DNA of 64,000 nt from Octopus bimaculoides (lineage: Eukaryota), in the NCBI RefSeq assembly GCF_001194135.2, contig NC_068986.1, positions 90,779,130 to 90,843,129 on the forward strand, written 5' to 3'. Position numbers and translations under genes: made by a program. Under the pieces are notes generated by a model. The model was not told where the DNA came from. It saw only the letters and a list, made by a program, of their open reading frames with translations, and searched no databases. This document shows, piece after piece, positions 1 through 14,008 of the stretch (the stretch's first letter is position 1; each line of letters begins with the position of its first letter).

Positions 1-3000
1 TCTATAAGAAACTTAACTAGATCAAAATGATAAGTTACATGTGTCTGTATATGCACAAGTGTATACATGTATGCATAAAGAGATTCTGTGGGGGGGGGGG
101 ATGTTTTTAAAATAAGCCCAAATTGACAAAATTTGGTAGAACACATAATTCAGATTTTATATATATATATATATGCACCAGCATGACCGCAGCCACTTGG
201 CTGAAACACATAAATAAATAAATAAATATATATATATATAACAGAAGCCAAGATAACACCCCTGTTTGCCGTCGGTTTATACTGAAACTATTCTTCAGTA
301 TGTATTATACAGTCCCTTTAACTAGGTACATCTCCTTCATTGTACTGTTCTTCATGTGAAAAGCTGCTCAATGTGTGAATTTGCTGTTCTCTGTGCTGAG
401 AATACCGTTCTATTAATCATGCCTCATAAATAGCGCTGGTGCCAGTGCTAAATAAAAAGTACCCTATACACTCTGTAAAATGGTTGGTGTTAGAAAGGGC
501 ATCCATCTGTAGAAACCAAGCCAAAACACACAATTGGAGCCTGGTGCAGCTCTCTGCCTGGCCTGCTCTAATCAAAACTGTCCAACCCATGCCAGCATGG
601 AAAACGGACGTTAAATGATGATGATGATGATTTATTGTAGACGTGGATGCTTCATCTCATGTTAGTGATGCTGCTTTTATGTAAAAGATTGTGTCATATA
701 GGCGGCGACTCCTCTATATGTGGGATCATTGGGGACTGTGTTCTATAAAGAACTGGTTTTTGTACTATACATTATATTTCACAGGCAAGCGAAAGCGAAA
801 TCGTGATGGAACCTGTGCCCAGCGTCGCCTTCCTGGCACTTGTGCCGGTGGCACATGTAAAGACATTCGAGCAAGATCATTGCCAGTGCCGCTGGACTGN
901 NNNNNNNNNTGTAAAGACATTCGAGCAAGATCATTGCCAGTGCCGCTGGACTGGCTCCTGTGAAGGTGGCACGTAAAATACACCATTTTGAGCGTGGCTG
1001 TTGCCAGTACTGTCTGACTGGCCTTCGTGCTGGTGGCACATAAAAGCACCCACTACACTCTCAGAGTGGTTGGCGTTAGGAAGGGCATCCAGCTGTAGAA
1101 ACTCTGCCAAATCAGATTCGAGCCTGGTGTAGCCATCTGGTTCACCAGTCCTCAGTCAAATCGTCCAACCCATGCTAGCATGGGTTGGACGATTTGACTG
1201 AGGACTGGTGAACCAGATGGCTACACCAGGCTCGAATCTGATTTGGCAGAGTTTCTACAGCTGGATGNNNNNNNNNNNNNNNNNNNNNNNNNNNNNNNNN
1301 NNNNNNNNNNNNNNNNNNNNNNNNNNNNNNNNNNNNNNNNNNNNNNNNNNNNNNNNNNNNNNNNNNNNNNNNNNNNNNNNNNNNNNNNNNNNNNNNNNNN
1401 NNNNNNNNNNNNNNNNNNNNNNNNNNNNNNNNNNNNNNNNNNNNNNNNNNNNNNNNNNNNNNNNNNNNNNNNNNNNNNNNNNNNNNNNNNNNNNNNNNNN
1501 NNNNNNNNNNNNNNNNNNNNNNNNNNNNNNNNNNNNNNNNNNNNNNNNNNNNNNNNNNNNNNNNNNNNNNNNNNNNNATATACATATATATATATATAAG
1601 TCCTATGCCTTTATACATTCTGTTCAGGCTAAAGTTTAGTAAAAGATTGATAAAAATATCTCCTAAGTATTAAAGCTCTTAAATGATTAAAAAATCCAGA
1701 TACTTGTTGAAACGGACCATAACAGTAAGAAAGTTCTAACTCAAAGGGACAGGTGGAGAAGCAGTGCTCTCAAAAATTATTTAAACACTGATAAGTATGT
1801 AGAGATAATACAGCTAACTGTTTGGTTTGTTTCATAAAAGACTTGTGGGCTGTGAAACAAAAGTTCTGAGATGCATTTCTGGAGAAGAAGGATTTAACCA
1901 AGAATTTAATACAGAGTTTCATGGGGCAGGGTTGTTATTTGAAAATGTTGTGAAACATAATTGGAGAGGTGAGTTTGTCCAGTAGAATTAAATGTGTGCA
2001 GGAAAAGGAAGTGTTACGTTCAGAAACCTTTACATAGAAGAAATTGAAGAAAAAGTGAAGACACAGCCCAGATAAATTGTGCAGTCTCATTTTTTTTTTG
2101 TCTTTTTGTTTTTAATATCAATTCTATAAGTAAACAGTAAATGCTGAAAAACATTTGGAAATAAAGAGGTGGAGAAATTCTTAGCCTGAATTTATTAATG
2201 TAAAGAAATGCAAACTGATGAAAGCATATACCTTGATAATTATTTGTGAATGAATTCAAAACACAATTTTGTATCACTAGTTGACAAACCCCATGGTAAA
2301 ACCCTGAACAAGAAGAGCTATAATCAAAAGGGATTCCAGCCTTGATTCGACCATCTTTGTTTGAAGGTGGTTTGGCTATTTCTTGGAGATCAAACTGTGT
2401 ATAGTCTCCATCAGTAGCTCAGGATAAGTATCTAAAGGAAGCAATTCCATCTACTAATCAAAAAAGTAAATATGATGATTTGCATATTTATACTTAATAC
2501 ATTCTGGCAGATTAGAAGAGTGAATATACTAATCACTTGTGTTTCATGACAAGAAAACAGCTTAAAGCAGTGAGTGGGTTTCCATAATTCATCAGTGCAA
2601 GGGACTCTGGAACATTTTATATTTCAACATCATTGTGTCTTATCAGCCAAAGGCACTCAGACTAATGAATCTAACAAGAGTTCAAGGCTCTTGTTTATAA
2701 CTTTAGTAGCAAACAAATAGTTTGCTGAAGCATGTTGACATCTGCCAACCAGTACTAAATCATAATATGCATGGTGAACAGTGAGAATCAAAACGATGAC
2801 TTACATATTCTTAATACATTCCGGCAGATTTGAAAATGAATATGTTAATCAATATTGTGTTTCGTCACATGGCAGTGATGGGAAAAAAATGGCAGGAATG
2901 AAAAGAGTCCAAACCTCAAGAAATAAAGTAATCAAAAGTAAAAAATATAAATTCTTTTAACAATACGGAAAATTTGTCTAAAGATAAGAAATAAATCCAA

Positions 3001-3935
3001 AGAGCCCAAATTGGGAGTAACTATCACTTTTAGCAGTATAGACAGATTGGAGAATGCATAATTATGATCCTGGAGGAAAAGATCTATTATGGTCTCTGAT
3101 TATGGAATTCTCAGAAAATAAACCCATAGAGAAATGATATTAGAAGCAAAATATTTTTTCACCAAAATATTATTTTCTAAACAACTGAGAATATATTTTG
3201 TTGATTATTCAAGAAGTCTGATCCCTCTCACTTGCTAAGTCCTCTTATTCTAACATAAATAAAAAGGGCCAATTATTTCTTTTGAAGCATTAAGGCAAAT
3301 GCTTAGAGGGAAATTTACAGATGTTAATGTAGTACAATAACATCCAGTATTCAGTGACATGACAGAGCTAATACAATTTCTAGCTTTAGCTCAAAGCAAA
3401 AAACTTCATGGAACAAGATTTACTTGATTTAGCTGCTCCTCTTGGAATAAGACAAGGTTTATAAGACAACACAAACAAAATTTGAAGCTCAGGATGTAAA
3501 GGGACAAAACTGAATATCACAGTCAGCACTACAATTTCCTTAGTAATATTTTACCACTAAAGTCGGTTTAATAATATACATTCATCTATTCTTGGATGAC
3601 TAGTTTAACCCTCTTAGATCATCTCTTATGGCACCTATTGTTGTCATTGCAAAAAAAAAAAAAAAAAATGCCAAAAGTACCGAGATAAAATTCTTTAGTC
3701 ACTGTATTTATTACATACTTAGAGATCTTTGAACTACAGTGACTTACAGACTCAGTTACTTTCAGTTGGGATTATATGCATACAAAAATTAAATAGTTGT
3801 GTTTGGGTCCAAAATATTCAACAATAATAATTCTCAAACTAATGTGAAGCAATACTCTAAGATTCAAACAATTTTAAACACAATCCAACATACGTGATGA
3901 GAGTTAGCTTCATTAGTTCAGTTTTTAACAATGAA

Positions 3936-3994
<59 letters not shown>

Positions 3995-5779
3995 CTCAAA
4001 AAATAGTCATGGTCTAGAGTATTCTAGGTGCTATGTTAACTGAAGTACCTTTCTAATTAAAAAAAAAAAAATTAAAAAATTGAGTAATGATCAACATTGG
4101 TTTCAGAATAATTATTTTCGCTGTATGTGAGCATAAGTACACACATGATGTAAACCTGACTGACCATATGATGGATCACATGACAAACTACATCTACACT
4201 TTCTTTTTCTTTTAGAGAACTAGGACATTGATTATATTTAACTGATCAATGTTTTTATACATGGTGCTCCAGCATGACTGTAATCCTTTGAGTGTAATCA
4301 TTAAAAAATGTGTATGAGGTCGCTCTTGAGTTCTACTGGTAACCTGCAACCCAGTACAACCAGTCGCAAGGTAGGCCATCAGGAAGTAACCTATCAATAC
4401 CTCTAGGCCTGCTTGGAAAGTAGGGTTGTTTTTAGACACCCTATGGAATGAAAAACAAATCCAGTTGAAGGATGAAGAAGCTCAGGAAAATCAATGGCCA
4501 TCCAATTACATGATACGTATGTATGTATATATGTATGCAAGAGGACTTAGTTTCTGGTTTGGCATCCTAGATATGCATTTAGCTTACTGGGATTGGTTGG
4601 AAACTGGCATGATCAACTAATCCAGGAGATGGAAAACTAATAGAAAAGCTTGAGAACTATGTTGATCATTATGGCAAACATTTGCACCAACATTCTCTGA
4701 CGAGCATTTCCAAAAAGTGTGGTTGATCCTATACATTCCTTTGCAAATCAAGTGTGGATAGACTAATAGCCATTACACTGGCTGTTAAACCTTCATACAA
4801 AGTTGACAGGAGAACTCACTATATAGGATTAAAGCTTATACCGTCATCTTAAATTTTGAAGCATCTTATTTCTTTATGATGCTTTAAAATATATTACTTA
4901 CACTTAAAGACTTTGCAACTAAAATGTTGTTTAAACTAAACGTTATTTGTGAACAAACCAGGTTCTTCCCTAATATTAGAAAATGCATGCCAAACCACTC
5001 AAGTGTGTCGATACTTCTTAGCCCACAGCAATGCGATGCAAAGTATCTACATCACTGGTTTGGTTGAATACACTTGGTCAGCAGATTGAGCACCCAAAGA
5101 ACATGTTATTGGATTAAAATTAGTATTTTAAAAATATATAACAATAGATAATGTAACAAACAATGGAACAGGAGAGAAAATTGTGTTAGCATAAATATAA
5201 CACCTTAAATACTGTGGCAGCCAAATGAGTTTCTTTGGCAAGAGATTTGGAATGTTTTCCTTCAAATATTAATATTGTGAATAAAGAAAAAAAATTAAAG
5301 TTAAAAAATACATAGTTATTTGCTTGGCAGAGTTTGAAAGAAAATCTCCAAGCTGGAGAAGAAGTCAACTTAACTTTCTTTTGTGGAACTATTCTGTTGC
5401 TTTTCATTTTTAAGCAGGGTTTAAAAATTGATGCTGCAAAATGTGTGATTTTATATATATTATATATATAATTGTAAAGGCCAATTTGGGAAATATTCTG
5501 TTTTTGTTATTGAGTATTCTGAGGTAGAGAAGCTAATTCCAAGGCCAGACTTTCTCTCACAGTATATCAATCTCAACTCTCCAAGCATGCTCACACATTC
5601 AACCTTAGATTTTTGCACCCTATTCAATCACTCCTTTCATATCAAATTATACAACGGACCCAACATCAAAATCACACACACTTTACAATTAGCCATCGGC
5701 ACCCTAACATTCTCAAACAACTTTCACTCAGAGCATTGATACCCCTACCCCCTGGCAACACTGAAAGGAGAAGAGAAGT

Positions 5780-5819
<40 letters not shown>

Positions 5820-6266
5820 ACTTTATATATATAAAACCCTCCCTCATTCTGCTATTTTTGGTGAAGATACATGCAGTAAGAAACCATAACACTTTTCAAG
5901 ATGCCACTGTGGTTCCCCCAGAAGAAATAGTTTAGTTTGTTTGGTTATCTCTGTTGTAAAAAAAGTGGATGCATGAATATTTAAAAAAAAAAAGAAAAAC
6001 GTGGTGTAGTGGTGGACCAAGTTATAGGTGAGATGTCTCAAAGTTTATGCATGTATATGTGTACAAATGCACTGTCTGACACAAAAATGTACATTGTGCA
6101 TATAGGCTTTACACACCTCTCTAAATTTGTTCATCTTCACTTTTCATGCACACATTCATACCCAAAATATATAGGTATATATACATACACATTTATGGAA
6201 TATATACATGCATATCCCAGAAGTTATACGCACACACAGTATATATTCACACATTCAATGTCACAA

Positions 6267-6777
6267 TCACTTTTCACTCTCTTTAGTTTGTTCACACTTT
6301 TCAGATTCCTTCCCAACATCCTGTAACTGCCATGGAGTATCTGACTCAGCAGAATGTAAAGATTCAGATGCTTGTGGGTTTTTATTATCAACAAGCTCTT
6401 CTGCCAGTTCTTGTTCTTCCACTTGTGGCTCTGTTGGTTGCATTTCAGCTTCCAGGGTTTCAATTTCTGTCAAGGGCTGCATCTCCAGCTGGGTCTGTTT
6501 TAATGGAACCCTCTCGGAATCTTCCACAGAAAGTTCACATATCTCTGGTGAAGAGGGCAAGTTGTGGGGGTTAGCTGTCTTGGCAGCTGGCGAGAAGGAT
6601 GGCACTTCTGGTGAGGGTAGAGGAGGCGAAGGCAGTGCAATTACCAATGGCTGAAAGTGGACTGAATTCATATTTGTAGGGTCTTGATGGTCCTGTGGTG
6701 AATTGGAAGACACCAACTGCAATGGCTCGAGACATATAGATGCAGATGCAGCAGCAGCTGCCTTTTCCTTGCGTTTT
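6267..6777 (-). CDS. EMI-domain membrane protein, coding exon 5 (cytoplasmic tail, stop)
   Basis: Polypyrimidine tract plus TTGCAG acceptor. Basic stop-transfer KRKEK, then the Pro/Ser-rich and acidic tail seen as ORF 6267..6722. Exons sum to 1020 nt = 339 aa plus stop. Confidence 0.88.
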
Positions 6778-8109
6778 CTGCAACAAAAGACAATGAATGA
6801 GAGAAAAACTGATCTGCATCTTGATATTCAAATTCAAAGACAAAAAAAAAAGATAGAACAAACTTTAGAAATATAGCTAAAAATTGTAAATTAAGAAATC
6901 TTTCGGAGAATCTACACAATCATTATAGATATCAAGCAAAAAAACATACTTTAATCAATCATCAATATTACAAAACAAAATCTCTTGATCTGATCTTTCT
7001 TGATCAACTCTTTAACTTTGCCAAAACTGCATCCCTACTTCCCCTAAAACAGATTTCCTCTTCATGGCCAGAAAATAATTCAATCCTCATCAATTGGTGA
7101 CCCTCTATGAAACTCGAACAAGATCCAAATTACAGTGCTCATATGTATAGAACAGTGTTTCTACTTTCAACTAAATACGTATCAGAGAACATGTAATAGA
7201 AAGCCAACCTATCAGTTACTAAAAACATCTTCATCAATGGGTAACAATCTCTGGTTAAAAAACATGTGTAATGATATCTATGTCTTCAACAATGGCTTCC
7301 ATTCCTCTGAACTGTACTACCTCAGTCTAAGTCTACATGGTCCATGAAGCTCACATTTTTCTATTCATTCTTACAGATTTGGTAAAGTGCTCTGAACCCT
7401 TTACTTAATCCATCCTTTGCCTAACTTTGGCCATGCAGTATCCCTCCTTCCCCCACACTATTCCTACTGATATCAACTTTCAGCAATTCATGTTGCACCA
7501 AAGAAACCTCACCAATCAAAGGTACTTCCTCTCCTGATGAAAAGAATTCATGAAAGCTAGATTTATTCAATATTTAGGTTGCAAACCCCAGAAAAATTAA
7601 CATATTTTAAAACCTATTTATGGAGCAGGAATAACTCTGAAAAAAGCTCAAAAAACTGTTACAAGCAAACTCTATAAAGTTTGCATCAAGAGTGTGCATG
7701 TGATGCAAAAGACAAACTAAAATATATAAATAATGCATGATAGCAAGACATAAGCACTAAGTGTGGAGGTTGGAGAGAGGAATCGAGCAAGATTCATTGG
7801 ATGTGTAAGGTTAATTTGCAGACAAAAGGTGGAACCAAAGCAATCTGAGAAATTAGTTAAGCATTAAAAAGGTGTTGGCTATTCAATGTTAAACTGAGCA
7901 GGAGTGCAATGTAATGTGTACCCATAGTAGACATTTAAAAAAAAAAAAAAACTGCTGGACCTCATAGCAGACTGAGAAGTATGACAATATGCAATACTTC
8001 ACAAGTGTCTAACCAATACCAGTATGAAAAAAGGGTAATGTGATTCCCAGTTGTCTGAGTATGTCAATGTTTAGAAAGACAGCTAAAAATAGTTGATAAC
8101 AATTAGTAT

Positions 8110-8264
8110 GATGGCGTAGCAAGAAGCTTGCTTCCCAACCACATAGCTCCAGTTTCAGTCCCACTGCGTGGCACCTTGGGCAAGTGTCTTCTACTATAGC
8201 CTAGGGCTGACCAAAGCCCTGTGAGTGGATTTGGTAGACGGAAACTGAAAGAAGTCCATATTGG

Positions 8265-8296
<32 letters not shown>

Positions 8297-8540
8297 TTAT
8301 GTTAGTCCCCCCCCCCNNNNNNNNNNTATATATATATATATATTTATGTTAGTCCCCCCCCCCCACCATCACTTGACAACTGATGTTAGTGTACTTACAT
8401 CCCCATAAATTTAGTAGTTCAGCAAAAGAGACTGACAGAATAAGTACTAGGCTTACAAAGAATAAGTCCTAGGGTCAATTTGTCCAACTAAAGGCAGTAC
8501 TATGGTATGACTGCAGTCAAATGACAAAGAAATAAAAGCA
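8110..8540 (+). mobile_element. tRNA-derived bipartite SINE, same family as 56852-57308
   Basis: Colinear head, CORE-like segment, microsatellite and tail. Confidence 0.8.
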
Positions 8541-9619
8541 TGTATCTTTGTGAGTTGAGTTCATTCTGATTTCAATACCAGGCTGAAGATATTTTGATTC
8601 ACATATCAACAGCCAAAAGAAAAATGTTCCTCTTAACCTACTAGAAGATCAATTATTCAGAAACATACTTCATCCCACTCATTTGTTGCATCCAACCCTA
8701 CTATCCCCATTCCTTCTTCCCCAGAATATCTGCTTTCTGAAATGTTCCTGCTCACACAGAACTTTAAAGGTATCGATCTAACCAGTCCAAGAGTGCCTGC
8801 AAGGACCACAAACTCTGGCCCTTCTAGACTCAATGAGTGAGTGAGCAACTAAGTATAGCCCTATGAGCTGGCAGAAACAAATGAAACCCACATATTTGCT
8901 CCCTGTATAAATAAGAATGCCACTGGTCTCAACTTTGGTATTCGTGTGTACAATTGTAAGGAGAAATCTCCACATCAGTTGGCATGAGTACCAGTAATAC
9001 AGAACAGCTGATTCAATCAACAAGACTCAAGCCCCTAGCTAGCCTAATTACACCTTCCATCAGAAGTCTTTTAACAATAGCATAATGACTTTACATTGAC
9101 CCAATATAACATTTATTGCTAAGCGGACATAGAATCAAGTCACTCTAATCATGACTATACAAACATAATTAGTTACAGTCTGTCTAGAAGTATATTAACC
9201 AATGTGACTTATTCTAAAGCTGAGGATGTGATTTAAGGGTGATTAGGTTGCTATTTCTAGCAGGTCAAGTGACCACAGAGGCTCTCCCATGGGAACTGGT
9301 GTAATGGATTGCATCAATCGCAGTACATACCTAGTACTTATTTTGCCAAGTTTGTAGGGACAACAGTCATAATCAATCCTAGCAGAAATAAAACAAAATA
9401 CTTTTAAGATAATTTGTCTTATACTCTTCACTTTCTACCAAATCACAACCTTTACAATATTGCCATTCCTAAAGGTAGCGAATTAAACATACTTTGAGAT
9501 GGGAGTAAATTACATGTTAAAGGATACAGATATGGCTGCATGATTAAGAAGTCCTCTTTACAACCCATTGGTTCCAGGTTCAAATCATCCCACAAAACCT
9601 TAAACAAATGTCTTCGGTA

Positions 9620-10892
9620 AGGTGCATTCCAGAAGTTTTGAGACTTTTAGAATAGGTAGTTCTGTCCTAGATAATTGTAATTTCAGTTTAGCATTACTAT
9701 ACATCAAATAAGCTGACCTGCCAACTTATTCTACATTGAAGAAGATGGCTAACAGCACTTTGAACACACCCTACTAAACACTGCACATTAGTCTGCAGAA
9801 TGCAGTCAGTGGATGAAGACAACTTGGAAGCTCACTCAATATGCAATAAAATCTTGTATTAAACTAGGCAAAATGCTACAGAAATTTATGAAATGCTCCA
9901 GACTGCTTATGGATTCACTTGCAGGAGCCAAGCATTTTTTTCTTTTTTTTGCTAGCATAAAAGGTTGCAGGAGAGTAGAGAAGAGGTAAGAAACAATGAG
10001 ATGTGACAGGGAGGTCAAAACATCAGAGCTGGTTGAAAAAAATTTGCTATTTTCTGGAAGAAGACCACCAAGTGTCTATAAAGACTAAGCCTGCAGTTTG
10101 GAGTTGAGGTGGCAACTGTACACAGAATTATCCATGAAGATCTGAGCATGCACAAAATTTATGCAAAGTTTGTTCCCAGGGTACTCAATGACAATCAGAA
10201 GGAAAGATGTGTTGGTGACAGCAGGGTGATGGTGGAGTTCATTACCTCCTATCAAAGATTAGAGTTTCTGGTGACCTGTGACAAAAGCTGGATCTACTTT
10301 CATGATCCAGAGACCAAGAGACAGAGTGCACTATAGAAGCAGCCTGGCTTCACCAGACCCAAGAATACTAATATTGATACCCTTTTTTAACATCAAGTGC
10401 ATCTGCTAGACAGAACCCAGTGCATATAGATAATGCCCAACAAAGTGTACTTTGAAGGTTTTGAGGGAGTTCAGGAAGAGATTCCCTTGCAAAAGGCCAG
10501 AGCTCCTCCATTCAGGTCAGTGGCCTCTGCACCAGGTCAATGCACTGCCCACAGTTACATCCTGGTGACCAACTACTTGACAGAGAGGGATATCAAAACT
10601 GTTCCTCACCCTCCCTACAGTCAAGACCTTGCTCTCTCTGACTTGATTGTTCCTCAAGCTGAAGGAGAGCCACGTGGGCAGTTGTTTTGAAGACTGAGAA
10701 AATGAAGAAGGCTGTAATAAGAATCCTGGGCTCCATCACCTTGAAGGGCTTCCATGAGAACTTCACAAAGAGGCTGGAGTACTAGAATAAGAGCATTAAA
10801 ATCTGAGGATCCTACTTTGAAGGAGATTAAAATTTTGTACTTTGAAATCAATATCTCTTTAAAAAGAGTCTGAAAATTTCTGGAATGCACCT
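9620..10892 (+). mobile_element. Mariner (DD34D) transposon, full length, inactivated
   Basis: About 1.27 kb. TIRs AGGTGCATTCCAGAAGTTTTGAGAC versus its imperfect reverse complement, TA duplications at both ends. Remnant motifs FVPRVL (WVPHEL), VTCDKSW (VTGDETW), HPPYSQDL (YSPDL). Confidence 0.9.
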
Positions 10893-12493
10893 TATGCCAT
10901 AGTCTTAGGCTGACCAATGCTTTGTAAGAGGAATTTAGTAAAAAGAAACTGTATAGAAGTCCATCATTACTTGTATCAGCATTCACTAGGGATTAAGATG
11001 AGCCAATTCCAGCCAGTGACTCCACAAACAGAAGCTCGTTATACCTGACAATCACAGATGTCTGACACTGCACACCACATTGCAAGAACCAGATATTGAT
11101 TCAAAATCAATGTTTTCATCACACTTATACACATATGCCTGTGCAGTGATAATGATGTAGCTTTCAAATGACAACCACCCAACTGTAATTTTGCAAGAAG
11201 TATTCACAGATAAAAAGACATTGATAAGCAATTCTCATTTTCATGTAAACACAATGCATAATTTAACCTCTTAAACTAAACCAACCTTTTTAATTTATTA
11301 TTAATAATTATCTTAATTATTATACTTCATTTATCTGCTTTATATAAATTTTCCTCATTTATTTGCTTTATGTAAATTTTCCACTGATAACACTGAAGGG
11401 AGGCAGAGTAAATGGGAGATAAAATGCGATTGAGATTTGTAAAAGAGTATAAAATGTTCCAGTGTGGGAAGATGTAAATTTAATCTTAGTATTTAAACTG
11501 GTCATATCAAGCCTAAATATTCTGTCTGGTGCTCAAATTACCAGCTCTGGCCTCTCACACTTGCTCTACAATGTCATTCAAAAATTAATCATTGAAATCT
11601 TGAAGCCATGAGACAATACATAATTCAAAACATTGTAAAATAAGCATTACATTTGATAGGGAAAACAAAGTTAAAAAGCATTTACTGACAAACCACCGCA
11701 ACCAGTACTAACTTTTACAACCAGATATCCAAGGTAGATCAAAAACTCAAAAAACAGATCAAACTTCAGTGATAAGCTTCCCAGATATGATGAAGCACAG
11801 ACAAGATTCTAAAATGTGTTGTATTGCATATTCTCTCAAACTTATTCTGGTTGTTCAAAGTTTGTTTGCTTTCTTGAAATAAGTTCACTTATCTGTACAG
11901 ATGGAACATCTATTTTAACTAAGACTAGTATTTAGCAGAGAATTCTATAAATGTATACATATTTAAAATATTTTAAAGAAATTAATGACATTTTTTTTTT
12001 TTAATATTTCAAAGCTTTCAATAAATTTCTGAGGAAATATATATTGGTAATTACAATTTCACAAACTTAAAATATTACATATAAGGTTCAATTATTTCCA
12101 AGTCAGCCAAGATTAAAAAAACTCATGATCAAAAGATCACCCCACATGTTCAATCATCTTTTTTATAAATCTAGCTACATAGTCCAACATGTCCTATTTT
12201 GAAGGATAGAAGAGTGCAATTTGAGGAAAATTGGATAATGCTTTTCTGCCAGGTTAAACTTCCACATTGTTTTGACTCTTATTCTACATATCAACAAGCC
12301 TAACCTTCAATTGTTCCAGAATCCTATAAATGCATATTTCAACTAGTTTCAACTCAAAATTTTTATTGTGAATGCAGACTTAACTCCAAGCTGAGATCAG
12401 TGGCATAATTACTAAAACTACTGAAATGTTAAAAGACATGAAAAAAAAAAAAATCTTTTCTTCATCCAAAAAGCACAAATAAATAAAACTTAC

Positions 12494-12623
12494 TTTTTCC
12501 AGACAGCTTTTACAATGAAGAACAAGATGATCATGATGAAGAAACTTGCACTGCAAATGGCAGCTAAGGTTCCAATAGAGAGTTCATGAATTGATGGTAA
12601 AGGCTTAGAGCCCTGAGCTAGTT
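12494..12623 (-). CDS. EMI-domain membrane protein, coding exon 4 (transmembrane helix)
   Basis: Acceptor TTGTTCTGCAG; LAQGSKPLPSIHELSIGTLAAICSASFFIMIILFFIVKAVWK; donor AA|GTAAGT. Phases match both neighbours. Confidence 0.9.
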
Positions 12624-13245
12624 CTGCAGAACAAGAAAAGTCACAGATTTGAAAATACATACATACCATTTAGATAGTATTTTGAAAGTACTGAGAAATT
12701 TGTAAATAGGTCTTAATTTTTTAGAGCGACTCAAATTTGCTATTATTTATAGCTACGTTTGCATTTGAGTAACTTAATAAAAAAATCACACTAATGTGTG
12801 TGTGTGCATACACACACACACACAAAATTTTTTTTTCAGTATAGCCTTGCTGAATAGTTAATTTGTATCATTTTACAATTGTGTCTTTCCAAGAAACTAC
12901 CATTTAGCACAGTCTGCAAACATCTTCAAGCATAACCTTTAGGTGATCAATGCCTGCAAATATAATTTGGTAAATAGAAACAGTGCAGAAAACTATCAGA
13001 CACAGATCTGCATAAATCCTTCACTAATATATACTAAGAAACAATGTAAACAGCAGTGAGTAAACCGACAAGCTGATATATATCTTAACATTTGAGGTTT
13101 CATTTTTTTTTTTTTTTCTGCTGAAGTGGCCGATGCTTCTTTGTTACTCTCTGGCTACTATAAAACAGTGAACCAGTGGTTGGCTTATTAGGAATATTCA
13201 CATTGTTCACAAAAAATACAATATTACGAGAAAAAGCAAACTTAC

Positions 13246-13349
13246 CAAAACAAGTTTCACTATCAGATTTAGCCCAGCCTGGACAACAGTCTAACACTGT
13301 GTGGTATATAGTTATATTTTGGTCATATCGTTTCAAACAAGTTGTTGTC
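13246..13349 (-). CDS. EMI-domain membrane protein, coding exon 3
   Basis: Acceptor TTTCCACTAG; TTTCLKRYDQNITIYHTVLDCCPGWAKSDSETCF, including the EMI C-terminal CCPGW motif and an NIT sequon; donor G|GTAAGT. Confidence 0.9.
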
Positions 13350-13882
13350 CTAGTGGAAAATATATAAAAAGGATGATGGACTTGTGGACAGGAATAAGCT
13401 TCTAATGATCATATTTTTAACACAGACATGAAATGCACACATGGCCTGTCAAGTGTTTGTTTTATATACCTCATTTATAAAAGTAGGTCACTAACAAGCT
13501 TTGTCCAAACAAGACAATGTAACAAGAACAATTTATTTTCACAGCAAAAAATTGATTAAAAAAGAAAAAGAGCATAAGTCAAATGCTATACTATTAACTA
13601 GATGCTTCATATGACAGTGGGAAGATACAACTATCTATTCTTACAATAGAGATTGATTGGAAGATGCTATGAGAGATCTAGACTCAATATTGTGCATGCA
13701 GCAAGACTTAAATTGCAAACTAATATCTTATTCTAAACAGCATTAAACAGTTGAATAACATGGTTAAAAAGATTTTTTTTTTTAATGTGTATAATTTTCA
13801 GAAATCTGGAGAGAAATTAAAGATACTAACAAAACTCAAATACAAGGAAAAGTTCAAATAAAAAGCTCATTGTATAACATAC

Positions 13883-14008
13883 TTGTAAAAAGTACACGAG
13901 TCCAAAGAAAAAAATCCACAACGAGTGACATATTTTTGAATGCATTTCTTTCTCTCAACAACTTCCCTTGTTTTCTCTTCCTTGACGCTCTTTTGGCACC
14001 ATCTTCCA
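13883..14008 (-). CDS. EMI-domain membrane protein, coding exon 2
   Basis: Acceptor CCCTTTGCAG; GRWCQKSVKEEKTREVVERKKCIQKYVTRCGFFSLDSCTFY; donor AA|GTATGT. The Y-x-T-R-C-G...C pattern is EMI-like. Confidence 0.88.

Noticed and set aside
856-960. About 45-bp direct repeats flanking 10-N gaps (also about 8277-8365 and 52341-52446)
   Set aside because: Exact duplications on either side of a fixed 10-N spacer are scaffolding overlap artefacts, not biological repeats or CRISPR-like arrays.
3060-3600. Fragments faintly resembling a piggyBac-type transposase
   Set aside because: Too many stops and frameshifts to support a call by eye.
13883-14008. Alternative frame RERNAFKNMSLVVDFFLW, superficially like GPCR loop 3/TM6
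   Set aside because: This frame hits a stop in the next exon. The Cys-rich EMI frame splices cleanly through all exons.
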